A stretch of 49,193 nt of DNA, filler included, from Jimgerdemannia flammicorona (Eukaryota), in the NCBI GenBank assembly GCA_003990765.1. It is 2 parts of 2 records of this genome, joined end to end, with 100 filler letters (N's around TTAATTAATTAA, not from the genome) between each part and the next. Parts side by side here need not be neighbours in the genome. Positions count along the whole stretch, not along the records: positions 24,649 to 49,193 come from RBNJ01000961.1; 1 more part is not named here. One strand, 5' to 3'. This document shows positions 33,401 through 44,751 of this stretch, piece after piece (positions within the stretch are counted from its first letter, which is position 1; the number at the start of each line of letters is the position of its first letter). The notes below the pieces were generated by a model. It saw only the letters and a list, made by a program, of their open reading frames with translations, had not been told where the DNA came from and made no database searches. The translations under genes and the position numbers were made by a program.

Positions 33401-34745
33401 GTATTCTCTCTATCCTCACTGGTCCAGACACTCTCCTTGGCTCCTCCCACAATTTCAATACCACTAGCATCCTTCCTTGCCTTTCTTTCCAGTTTTGCCA
33501 ACAGCCTTCTCTGCCTCTTACATCCTTGGAACCTTTCCCACTACCCCTTATCTACTTGAATCCTCTTTTCATCCACTACTTCTAAATGAATTAACTTGAT
33601 GTACACCTTCTAAGCCTTAGCACTCCTCTCCACAGCACCACTCAGCTCCTCTAGCACCTCAAACAGATCCTCTTCTTCCTCCTCACTCCCCTTAACCCTT
33701 ATTATCTTATATAAGAAAGCTCTCCAGACCATCACTGAGGATCAGTCTTTAGCCTTCCCAGTAGCTTCCTTCTCTACTAACTGAATTTGAATATCTACAT
33801 CCCTGGTGATGAAGGAGGTCTCCACTCAGACCTAGAATCCAACATCAACCACCTTACTATACTCAGTTATAACTTCCTCAACTCTCTTTCTTGTCTTCTC
33901 AGTGGTCACCATAGAGACCCTCTTTACCAGCAATTGCACCACCCTGGGTCCCATTTTAAGCAGCATGCCATCAGTATACACACCTGTCCAACTATCAACC
34001 CTGTCTTCAGTGTCTCCTCTAATGGTCTAGTCTCCCCAAAGCCAATCTTCACTCCTTCCAGTCCCTTCAGAAACTTCATTTATTCTACTTTAGTCATCTG
34101 CTTAGTAATAAGCCCCAGGACCATTTTCACTATTACTGCCAAGTCCCAGAAGTACAAGGTGATGGCAAACTCTGAAAGAGACTTCTTAAGTAATGGTGTC
34201 ACCTCTAGTCTCATTACACCATCTGTCAGATTACTAGGCCTTGTGCCTTTTCTATTGCTCAGGCTATCATCAGCAGTCCCATCTAGATTTTTTTTCTGAT
34301 CATCTATCACACTCCTATCAGCAGTCACCCCCTCAGCCCCTATATCACAAACCCCACTACTCTGGCCCCCCAGAGAGACTCTCTCTTGTGGCCACTGCCC
34401 TGCAGTCTTTGCTGTCTCCTTGCCCCTCCTAAGCCAGCCCTCCAGCCCAGCTCTCTGCTGACCCCCCTTTATCTTATCTGCAACGCTGGCCCTCTCTGTT
34501 CTCTAACCTCCAGCACTGCTCCCTTCTCTACCACATCCTCCCTCTAGCAGACCCCTCATGCTTTCTCTCTAGCTAGTACCTCTCTCTACATACTGCTAGT
34601 CAAATGCACCTAGTCTACTCTGCTCATTACACACCTTGGAATACTCATTGGTTGCAATAATACTAGTAGCTTTTCTTTAGAAATTATGTTGAAAGTGTTG
34701 CCAAAAGGTTGTGTAATCTAAATATTACCAGAGAAAGATGTGGAT
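30500..34745 (-). mobile_element. LINE copy c with internal deletion
   Basis: ORF2 3' part at 30500-32150 jumps from mid-RT to the endonuclease near 32150; ORF2 ATG at ~32617; ORF1 at ~32650-34660. Confidence 0.88.
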
Positions 34746-35023
34746 TAATATACTTTATTCTGCTATACTGAATAGATTTTTTGATCATAGTAATTATAGG
34801 CTGGTTATTCTAATAGATGAGTATAAAGTACAATTTCTAATCAAAACTCATATAGTTTCAAATAACTTAAGATAATAAGTATTTGAAGAGACTTATTTTA
34901 CAATATCAAAGAGTCTAATAAACTTAGATTAGAACTTATTTAATATATAGTAGATTTGTGATTATATATATATATCTTGAGGTTCTTAGTTAAGAGAAGA
35001 ATATAATCATCAATAGTATATAT

Positions 35024-36293
35024 TGTAATATACCTGTCTCAATAGAGACAAATTACAAGGTTGAGGGTTGATAGTTTAGCTTAAGCTCTCAGTTACTATG
35101 TTAAAAGCAATAAAATGTTTTTAGTATTTAGTAATATAATGATCAAATCTGGGTATAACTATCACTTCTAGTATATTTTCTTATTAGGACAGTTCTCTAG
35201 ATATAGTAGTGATTTATAGATGTATGGTATAAGTAGCTTCATTCTAGAGTAATGGATAATTTCTGTATAGTATGATGATCTCCTTATATATATTAGTCTG
35301 GTAGTTTAGCAGTTACCTTAGATGATTTCTATATAATAATCTCTATATAGTATAAGTAGATTCTATATACAGATTTTGCAGATAGCTTAATCTTATACAG
35401 ATCAGTAGGTTTTTCTAGAAATATTAGATAATTTAGATATCTGAGATAGTACAGATAACTCAGATATTGTGAATTCTTTCTAGATTAGTAAGCTTATTAG
35501 GAATAGATGAATAACTTAGATAGCAGATAATTCAGATAACTTGGATACAGATTCTTAGCAAGTTACATCAAAACTGGCTTCATTTGTACAGGATTACATC
35601 ATAGACTGGCTCTACTATAAAGTTGTATCAGATAGACTGACTTGGTGACAAGGATCAGGCTCTCTGAGAATAGTGGTAAATAACTAAAAAATGGCAGATG
35701 ATACAGATTCTTCCTGAATTGGTGGACTTCTTAAATAACTTGGATTTTTTAGGCTTATCTAATCAGTGGACCAAAATTGGACTTATTCTCTATATTGAAA
35801 ACTAGACAGAGTGAGAAAATAGCTCACAATCTCCTAGTAGTAGCTGTAGAGTTTCTCTCAAAGTATGGTAAGCAGACTTGTATTTTGCTTTGAATTTTAG
35901 ACTGAGGTTTATTCACTCTTATCTCTGGGGTATATTATATAAGTTAGTTGCTATCTAGTTGCCTACCTAGTTGCTATATGGCTAATTATATAAGGCTATT
36001 TATAGCAGGTGTTTCTGGTTCTGTTCAAGTATGCAGATCCTGTTCAAGTTTTCAGGTTTTGTACAAGTATTCAGGTCTCATACAGATATCCTTTCTGATA
36101 TTTTTAGCTAATTATATAAGTTGTCATGACAAAGCAGTCCTTGCTGTCTATATATATTTAACTGTCTATTTGAATACCCAGATATATTTGACTGTCTTTT
36201 TGTATACTTAGATATATTCAGCTATTTTTTATATACCTAGTATGATATATAGTTATAATGTTTTCAGTAGTATAATTTCTACTGCTTATTACA
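35024..36293 (-). repeat. 3' LTR of element D
   Basis: TGTAATA...TATTACA; 35024-35100 matches 44100-44175 and 35820-35960 matches 43080-43230. Confidence 0.85.
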
Positions 36294-36299
36294 TCAGCC

Positions 36300-36850
36300 C
36301 CTACTAAAGAATTATCTATCTTCAGACTGTTCTTTAATCATTATCTCAATATATATAAGCATCCTCAGCATCAACTTCTGAACTTTCTTCCTCATTGACA
36401 TCTGGATCACTCTACTCTCTGGGTTCTTCTTCTTCCTCTGAGAACAGGATTTTGAAATAATTGATAATACTCAAATAGATGGCTAGATCTATCTCTTATA
36501 TATCATGCAGAGTGAACTGTACTTATTCTAATGCTATACTATTTTATTTGTAGATAGTATATTATCTGTCAGCAGTAGTAGTATGTCTTCATGTTAGATC
36601 TGTAGTATTCCTGATATAAGTCTGTTCTGGAGCTAGGAGGTTTTGCAACTATTTACCAATTATATAGTAGACCTATAGCTGGTAGACTTGAAGGAGACAT
36701 CTGGCTAAGGTGAGATTCTCTTGATAAATTTGAATTTACCAGAGAGAGTTTCCATTGGCTGGGCAGAATTGTGGTATGAAAATTAGAAGTAACTAAAATG
36801 AAATAAGAACAAGGGTCTGGAGATACTAGTCAATTCTCTGAATTATTATA
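36300..36850 (-). pseudogene. Decayed accessory ORF of element D, probable distant homolog of 973-1803
   Basis: One frame: QL*VYYIIGK*L...TDLT*RHTTTADR*YTIYK...FTLHDI*EI, then acidic tail SEEEEEP..DVNEEESSEVDAED. Confidence 0.6.
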
Positions 36851-37795
36851 TAGAAGAAGGTATATCTTGAGACGATTGATGTATACTGATATATTTAGGA
36901 TTCATTTGTCCAGACTTCTTAAATGGATGTTAGTTTCTATAATATTATTTATGTATAAGATAAGGTCCTTTCAATTTGGGCTCTAGCTTGGCAGCAAAGT
37001 TTGTCTCAATTATATTTCTCCAAACTAGTACTTGATCTCCAATCTTGATCTTCTGATTCTTCTATTTCTGATTATAATACTTCATTTGCCTTTCTTAGGC
37101 CTTGATAATCTGAGCTTGGGCTTAATTATATAATTGTTCTGCCTTCTTGAGGAGGTCTCCAAGGTTCTTATGATTAGCAGTTCTGGTTCTCTTAACAAAT
37201 ACCATTCAAATATCCTTTGTTTAGTGGGAGCAGTAGGGGTATTTCAGATTTTCCATAGGATCTCAGATATGCAGAGGTCCTAGTTAGTAGGATTGACTCA
37301 GGTAAGTCTTTTCTTGATAGTCTGATTCATTCATTCTATCATACTATTAGTCTGAGAGCAGTATGATATAGTCTATTTGAGGTGGATCTTATGAATTTTA
37401 ACTTAACTTATGATTATGTTAATAATGAATTCTGTGCCTCAGTCAGAGATAAGCTCTTTTGAGAGTCTATATCTGAGGATAAGTCCATAGAGAAGGCCAA
37501 CAATGGTCAAGACATCAGCAGTTTCCATTGGAAAAGCTTCAGGTTATTTGATCAGATGTTTTACAAATACTAAGACCTTCTTGATAAAACTGATAGATGT
37601 CCAATTACATCTACTCTCCTTCTTGGAAAGATATTATCTAATAGTATGATCAGTTGTAGTAGTGCTTGGTAGTTCTTCTTTCTTTGATACTTCTGATAGG
37701 TATCATACTTTCTGAGTATGTCTTGAACTTATATTCTGAGGTTGGGCCAATGTTAGTAGATTGTTCATAGCTTTTCTTCTGAGTTTCCTTGCAAC

Positions 37796-39650
37796 ATCCA
37801 CCTTTTAGCCCTCCTCATCCAGATAAACTACCAGCACCTCCTTTGTCAGAGCCTCAAAAATTCTATCACTCTGTATAATTTCTGCCCAATACTCCTCACT
37901 GATAACTTGCAGGTCCATATCACTCAACTTCTCTGCTGCCAAGTTGTTTATTACCTGGCACATCCACTGCAAGTCACCAATCTCCTTACCCTTAAGAGTT
38001 ATTGGTCAGTTGGCTCCAAATATCACAGAGTTCACCCCAGTACTCATCAACTCATTCCACTCCTCCTCAGAGACATCCACTAGCTCCTCCTCCTCAACCT
38101 CAACTATCTGCCCCCCACTTGCCACCTCAGATACTCCAAATCTAATATGATGAGTTCCCACCATCTCCATATCTCTCTCTAGTAATAAGCTAGATACCTT
38201 GATCCTTCTTCTCTATAACCTCAACATCCTCTTACACCTCCAACATACCATGATTATAAAGAGCCTGATCTCTCTTCTCCTGGCCCAAGCTCATATGCTT
38301 TAGTATCGACCCAATCTCCACCTCTGCTCAGATACTCTCTTTAGCTCCCCAACCCTCCTTTGCCAAGCTTGCCTTCTCTTTCTTCTTTCCCTTCAGACTC
38401 ACTAACAGCTCCTTCTGCCTCTTATATATCTGAGCTATCTCCCACATACCCTTGTCCACCCAAATACACTTTCTATCTACTATCTTTAAGTATGTCGATT
38501 CCACATAAGCCTGCCATACCTTGGCCTGCTGCTCTACTGCCTCACTTAGCTTCTCTAGTACCTCCACTAGGTCCTCCTCCTCCTCCACACTCCCCTTCAC
38601 TCTTATCATCTTAAAGATAAAGACTTTCCACATCATCACCACTAACCAATCTCATGGGTTCTCAGTAGCCTACTTTCTTACCAGCCTGAGATAAATATCT
38701 ACATCTCTTATCCTAAAAGAGGTCTCCTCTCAGACCTGAAACCTGATATCTACTACTTTACTATACTTAGCCATAACATCCTCAATCCATCCCCTTGTCT
38801 CAACTACCATCACTGTGGGCACTCCTTTCACCAGGAGCTAAACCACCCTTGGGTCTCACCTCAAATAGTATACTATAGAAACTATCACCTCTCCTATAGT
38901 CAGCCCTGTCTTCATTATCTCCTCTAAAGAAGCAGTCTTTATAAAGTCCCCCTAAACCCCTTCAAGCCACTTCAGAGACTTCACTGAGGCTGCTCTAGCC
39001 ATCTGCTTTAAGATCAGCCCCATAACTATCCTCACTGTCACTGCTAAGTCCTGAAAGCACAATGTGACTGTAAACTCTGAGATAGACTTCTCAAGTAATA
39101 GAGCCACTGCTAGGCTCATTACACTAACAGCTAGGTCTCCCTGCCCCTGTCCATCCCCCTATATAGTGCTACCATCAATAGTTACATCTCTTTTTTTTTC
39201 CTGATCTACTGTCACACTTCTATCAGCAGTCCTACTACTACTTCTAGCCACTGCTCCACCAGCCCTCCTACCTACTATCAGAAGTCAATCCTCCAGTACT
39301 CACCTCCTTCAACTTTTCATTATGGCTAACCCTTCCACTACTATTTCTGGCATTTAATTCTCCCAAATTCACCTTGTCTGCAAAACTCAGCCCCCCTGCC
39401 CTCCTGCTTCTGCACCAGACCAGCCACCTCTGCTTGGCCCACCCTGGCCTCTAGAATCTCTCAAGTCTCTATCCCCAATTCATACCCTCTTCTGATATAT
39501 TGCAAGTTAAAGGCCCCAAGTCCACCTAACCCAGTATATATCAGTTTGCTTGTTTATTACCATATCCTTAGTAGCTTTCTCTAATAAATGATTCAAAAGT
39601 TTGTTTCAAAGTTTGTGTGACATAAATGTTAGCAGAGAAAGAAGCAGATT
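37796..39650 (-). mobile_element. LINE copy d (5' UTR and most of ORF1)
   Basis: Homologous to 28650-30470; ORF 38328-38642 matches ORF1 (EEEEDLVEVLEKLS). Confidence 0.85.
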
Positions 39651-39659
39651 AGTAGTCTT

Positions 39660-40075
39660 CTTATCATCAGCAGTCCTGCTCCCCTCATCCACTACTTTCC
39701 CAGCCCTACTGCCCTCACTGCTATAGATTACTCTACTATATCCTGCAGCCCTCATTACTCTTCTTTAATCAGCCCTCCATTCTAGTTATTGGATAACTCT
39801 CCTTCACCTTATCAGTGAAGCTTGTTCTCCCAGTTCTCTGTTCTCCAGCACTGCCTCCTCTCTTTCTGTATCCTCTAGACAGTAAGCTCTGTATACTTCC
39901 CCCTAAGCCATAACTCCTCTCCACATGCTGTAAGTCAAATATACTAGGGACACCCTACCTAGTTGATACCTCAGAATGCTTATCTGTTACTATATTACTA
40001 GTATCTATTCTCTAAAAACAATGTTTTGAGTATTGTCAGAAGTTTATATAACCCAAATATTACTGGAGAAAGGTG
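39660..40075 (-). mobile_element. LINE copy e (5' UTR and ORF1 start only)
   Basis: Repeats the 5' motif seen at 34670-34745 and 39570-39650. Confidence 0.7.
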
Positions 40076-42242
40076 TATTGGAGGGCCTGATAGACCTTGG
40101 TCTTGTGATAATACTATATAGAAATAAAGATAGGAGGGAGGATTGGAAAAATTTGTAGCTAATAATGCTTTTAGATATAGACAGGAAGCTGGTCACAAAA
40201 GTACTTATTAGGAGGCTGCAGAAGGTGGTCCAACAGATTAGATAAGAAGTAATAGAGCCTTATTGTGAACCAGTCTATTAGAGATAAGATAGTATAAGTT
40301 TATAGCAAGATTGAGAGAACAAGGGCTTGTGGACTGAATGAGAGATTGGTCTTTCTAGATCAGAATAAGACATAAAATCATATTCACTAAGTCTGGCTGG
40401 AGAAGGTACTAGATAGAACTAGTATTCTGCTTCAATTCTAGATATCTCTAATCTATCTATTAGAGAATAGTAGGGTAGTACTTAAATATTTATAATGGCC
40501 ATTATGTTACTGCTTTCTTATTAGAGAGAGGAGTATCTGTTGTCTCCTATTCTATAAGTGCTATTATTAGAACTATTAATAGATAGAATTTGTCACAAGA
40601 TAGCTGAGCTCTCAGTTTTTGATATTATCTGGAAAGTTAGAGCCTTTGTAGATAATAGGGTAGTTGGTCTAGACTTGGTGGTAGATGTAGATGCACTGAG
40701 AGAGTTAGTGAAATAGTATAAGAAATATACTGAAGTAAAGTTCAACTGGAATAGATATGAGACTATGGTTTTAAATAATAGTCTGATGAGTGGGAACATT
40801 ATTGAAACAATTGTTCTAGTAGGGGAGGCAATGTAATATCTGGGCATTTTTTTATCAATATATAGATCTGACTTACCTAAATCTTAGTAAGAGAGAAAGG
40901 TTGATATCTGAGAAGAGACTCTCTAGAGTAGGGGGGGGTAGCATAACTTTCTGCTAGGTCAGATATTAATACTTAATATCTATTAGTTGTCCATACTGTA
41001 GTATTGGATAAATTACTTAAATTTTCTTATCTAGCTAATGAAGAGATTATTGAAGATAGCAAAATATGGGATCTGGGCTAGAAGGTAGTATCAATAAGTT
41101 GAGAGGTCTTGGCAATACTAGTGAATAGAAGTAACCTTAGTTGGGTAGACTTCTCTAAGAGGCTGTATTGCCTAAGGAATTGGTGGTTGAAGTAGACTAT
41201 TGAGCTGCAGGGAGATAGGTGGGTATCACTAATACAGAAGCTCTAAGAGATAAGATTGTCTTCTAAAGATACTTTAGGTAATCTGCTATTACTGATTGGC
41301 TGAGGAGTAGTAGATACTTGTAGTATAAGAGCTTTTAATAGAAAATAGTAGATGGAGCTCATCATATTGGTCTGTATTAGAAGAATAATGAGGGGGGAGT
41401 ATATTGGGATCTAGTAATATAATAGTAAAACAGACTATATTTAGATAGATTATTACTAATAACTTTGGTATTATTGCTAAAGTATAGTACCAGAGAGAGA
41501 TAAGACAGAAGTTGTGACTAGTTAGCTAGTAGATAGCTGGAATTAGCAAAGAGTGAGACTGGACTAATATCTGGTTCTGGAGTTATAAGATATAGTAGTA
41601 GCTATCTCTGAAGTTCTAGATAGTATGGTGGTACTTACTGAGAAGAAATATTATATTGAACTTTTGCTTAGATCTTGGTTGATAGAGGTACTTTCATTGT
41701 GAAGAGTATTGTGATATCAGACAGGAGTGAGATTTTGTATAAATGCCTAAATATTAGCTAGAATAATATATAATTATTAGTAACTTCTGAGTAAAAATTT
41801 TAGATTATCTGAGGGTGAGGTAGCATATTGATAGAGTAGGGGATAGATGGGGGGATTTGAAGGTGAGGTTGATAGAGAGTATTAGTAATGAGTAGTTTAC
41901 TATTAGGTGGATATTAGTATTTTGGCTAGATATTATCTATATATATTTGAAGAGAGTAAGCAGATGAGCTTAGAAGAGAAGGTAGTAAGATAAGAGTGAT
42001 TGATGAGGAATATATTGTCTGGCTGGTGAATGGAATAGAGTACCTAGAGTAGTCATTAATAATATCTTTTGAAGGTTATTTGTAAGTAGAGCAGTAGAAG
42101 AATTATAGTAATTAATGGTCTAGTAATCTTTAATAATAAAAGTAAGAAGGAGAGACCCCCTAGAGATATTGGATAGGGGTGGGGTTGCTGTATATTTATA
42201 TTTATAGATTGGTTTAGTAATTACTGATAAAGTTCAAGTAAC

Positions 42243-42316
<74 letters not shown>
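40076..42316 (+). mobile_element. 5'-truncated LINE copy f with poly(A) tail
   Basis: Begins in RT (DLGLVIILYRNKDRREDWKN), AFVDN, ends PPRDIG*, 3' UTR, then 71 A at 42246-42316. Confidence 0.88.
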
Positions 42317-42319
<3 letters not shown>

Positions 42320-42320
<1 letters not shown>

Positions 42321-42710
42321 ATCAGAAAGCCTATCATAGATAGATAAATAAAGAGAAGCTATATATAATATATCAACACTGGCCCAACCTCAGAACACAA
42401 GTCAGAAGTTTATTTAAAAAATATAAAATCTGCTAACAATATTAAGAAAAAAGAATTACTAAGTATTATTATAATCAATTATACTACCAGATAACATTTT
42501 TAAGAGATAAAGAGTAGATACTATTAGACTTCTACTAATTATACTAAGAAGGAACAAATATATTCCAATATTTATAGAATATTTAACCAAATGATCCAAT
42601 AGAAATTACTAATGATATGACTATTATTGGTCTCTTTTATAGTCTCTGAAGAACTTTTTTCTGATTGAGATATATAATTTATCAACACAATTCACATTAC
42701 ACCAACTTCA
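42320..42710 (+). pseudogene. Highly decayed Gypsy integrase fragment
   Basis: Reverse-complement similar to ~37420-37780 (shared TGGCCCAACCTCAGAA). Confidence 0.6.
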
Positions 42711-42784
42711 AGCAACAGTTTTTTGATACAACTTGGAGAAAAGGTATTATAACAATGTCATTGAGCAAGAGTTCTGATGGGTAC

Positions 42785-44175
42785 TGTAACAGACCAAAAT
42801 GTACCACCCGAATTATAACTTAGCCAGATGATGTGAACAATTAGCATACTTACTCAGCATGATGTAACTTCCAGTGTATCATAGTTACTCATGCCCACCA
42901 CACTTATAATTAGCCAAGACACCAGATCAGGATTGTTTACCTGTGTCCTGCAGACACACTCATGTCCGGTGGACACACTCATGTCCTGCAGACACACTCA
43001 TGTCCTATGGACACACCTGTACCCAGAGGACACACCCAAATATTACCAAAGATAGCAAATCTATAGTTAGCCACATAGTAACCAGATAGCAACCAACTTG
43101 TATAAATTACCCCAGAGGCGAGAGTGAATAAAACCTCAGTCCGAAAAGTTCGAAATTGAAGCAAAAGACAAGTCTGCCTACCATACTTCAAGAGGAACTC
43201 TACAGCCACTGTTAGGAGATTGTGAGCTTATTTCCCCTTTCCACTCCAGTCTACTTTCCGATACAAAGAACGAGTTCATTTTTGGTACCCTTGCCAGATA
43301 AGCCTGAAGAATTCCAGTTTTCCACCAAGTTCAAGGAAGAACTTCACCGCATTCTCAGAGAGCCCACCTTTCTTGCCACAAGACAGTCTCTGACGCAACT
43401 TCACAGTGATCCATTCATGCAAACAAAGCCAGTCCTTGATGCAACTTTGCCAAGAGCCCCTCTCCAAGCCGCCATCCCGTTTCCCAGTTAAAGCCTGCCA
43501 TTTTCGAGTTATCCGTCGTATTCCCAGTTGAAGCCACCGATTTAGAAGAATCTGTACCACCCGAGTTAATTCCCAGTTGAAGCCGCTGATTCAGAAAGAA
43601 TTCGTGCCATCTGAGTTATTTCCCAGAAGCCCACTGATTCAGGAAGAATCTGTGTCATTCGCCGTTTTCAAGTTATCTGCATTCCCAGAAGAGCCATCTG
43701 AGTTATTCGTTATTTCCAGTGAGCCCAAGAAAAATCCATGCCATATAATTCCCGGTGAATCGAGTCATCCACCAGAAATCGCATACTTTTGGAAATCATC
43801 ACGCTACACAAGGATCATCAGGCAGAGATCATCGCGCTACACAGAGATTGTCATGCAGAAATCACATAAGGAGAACTGCCAAATTGCTAGACCGTCACGC
43901 ACAAGGAGATCATTGCGCTATACAGAAATTGTGCCATTCCCAGTTGACCCAAGAAGGAAGTCCATTCACACACAAATCGCTGCTACATCCAGAGAACCAT
44001 CCCAATAAGGAAATCGCTCGCAGATATCCAGCTTTGACTATTATACTGCTAAACACCAAGGACCTCAGGAATCTTAGAACATTTTGTTGCTTTTTGACAA
44101 AGTAACTGGGGGCTCAAGCCAAACTACATCAACCCCCAACCTTGTAATTTGCCTCCATTGAGCCGGCATGTTACA
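42785..44175 (+). repeat. 5' LTR of element C (1391 bp)
   Basis: TGTAACA...TGTTACA inverted ends; TATAAAT at 43101; AATAAA at 43127; followed by the PBS. Confidence 0.9.
42944..43036. repeat. Five 19-bp tandem units in U3 of LTR C
   Basis: Consensus TGTCC-NNN-(G/A)GACA-CACTCA. Confidence 0.9.
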
Positions 44176-44177
44176 TT

Positions 44178-44195
44178 TGGGGGCTCAACTGGGAA
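44178..44195 (+). other. Primer binding site, tRNA-Pro type
   Basis: TGGGGGCTCAACTGGGAA versus the classical tRNA-Pro PBS TGGGGGCTCGTCCGGGAT. Confidence 0.8.
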
Positions 44196-44751
44196 GATTT
44201 CAAAATCAACATGACTTTTCAGCTCACAAGATCCCACAGTCAAACTGGATACATTTGATACAACACCAACCTCTGCTACTACAGGAGAACTAGTCATCAC
44301 TAGCATTTGGACAGGAAGAGAAGTAATTATCTCAAGACTTGCCAACTACCCAGCATCAGAAGGATCCCAACCAGAAGCAGGAGGCAGTATAGCCCGAAAT
44401 CCTCAGCCAGATCAATCAGATCAACCAGATCAACCAGACAATACAGGCAGCCCTGCTGGAGACTTTGGAGAACTTGTACAAGAACTAGAAGACTTTATTA
44501 CCTGGACCCAACACCTTACAGCCAGATACCCCACACCAGTCCCACCAATTTCACCAATAGAACCCCTACCACAACCTCTTGCAGAACCAGAAGTAGCTCC
44601 TACAAGGATACCTAGGCCTACTCCACCTCACCCAAGGACCAGGACACCATCTTCAAGATACCCAAGCACTCCTGTCTCTAGTGACAGTTCAGAAAGTGAA
44701 TCAGAATCAGAATCTGAATTCGAACCAGAATCAGAAGAAAGTGATGAAGAA

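Larger units (their letters stand above)
35024..37795 (-). mobile_element. 3' remnant of Gypsy element D (related to C): integrase, accessory ORF, 3' LTR
   Basis: LTR 35024-36293 is reverse-complement homologous to 42785-44175; decayed integrase at ~36830-37795 (KLEPKLKGPY, INRLK). Confidence 0.85.

Noticed and set aside
42944..43036. CRISPR-like short palindromic repeats
   Set aside because: Directly tandem 19-mers without spacers, inside an LTR
43222..44105. ORFs inside LTR C as an accessory gene
   Set aside because: Non-ATG starts, overlapping frames, built from short DNA repeats, no similarity to the A/B accessory protein
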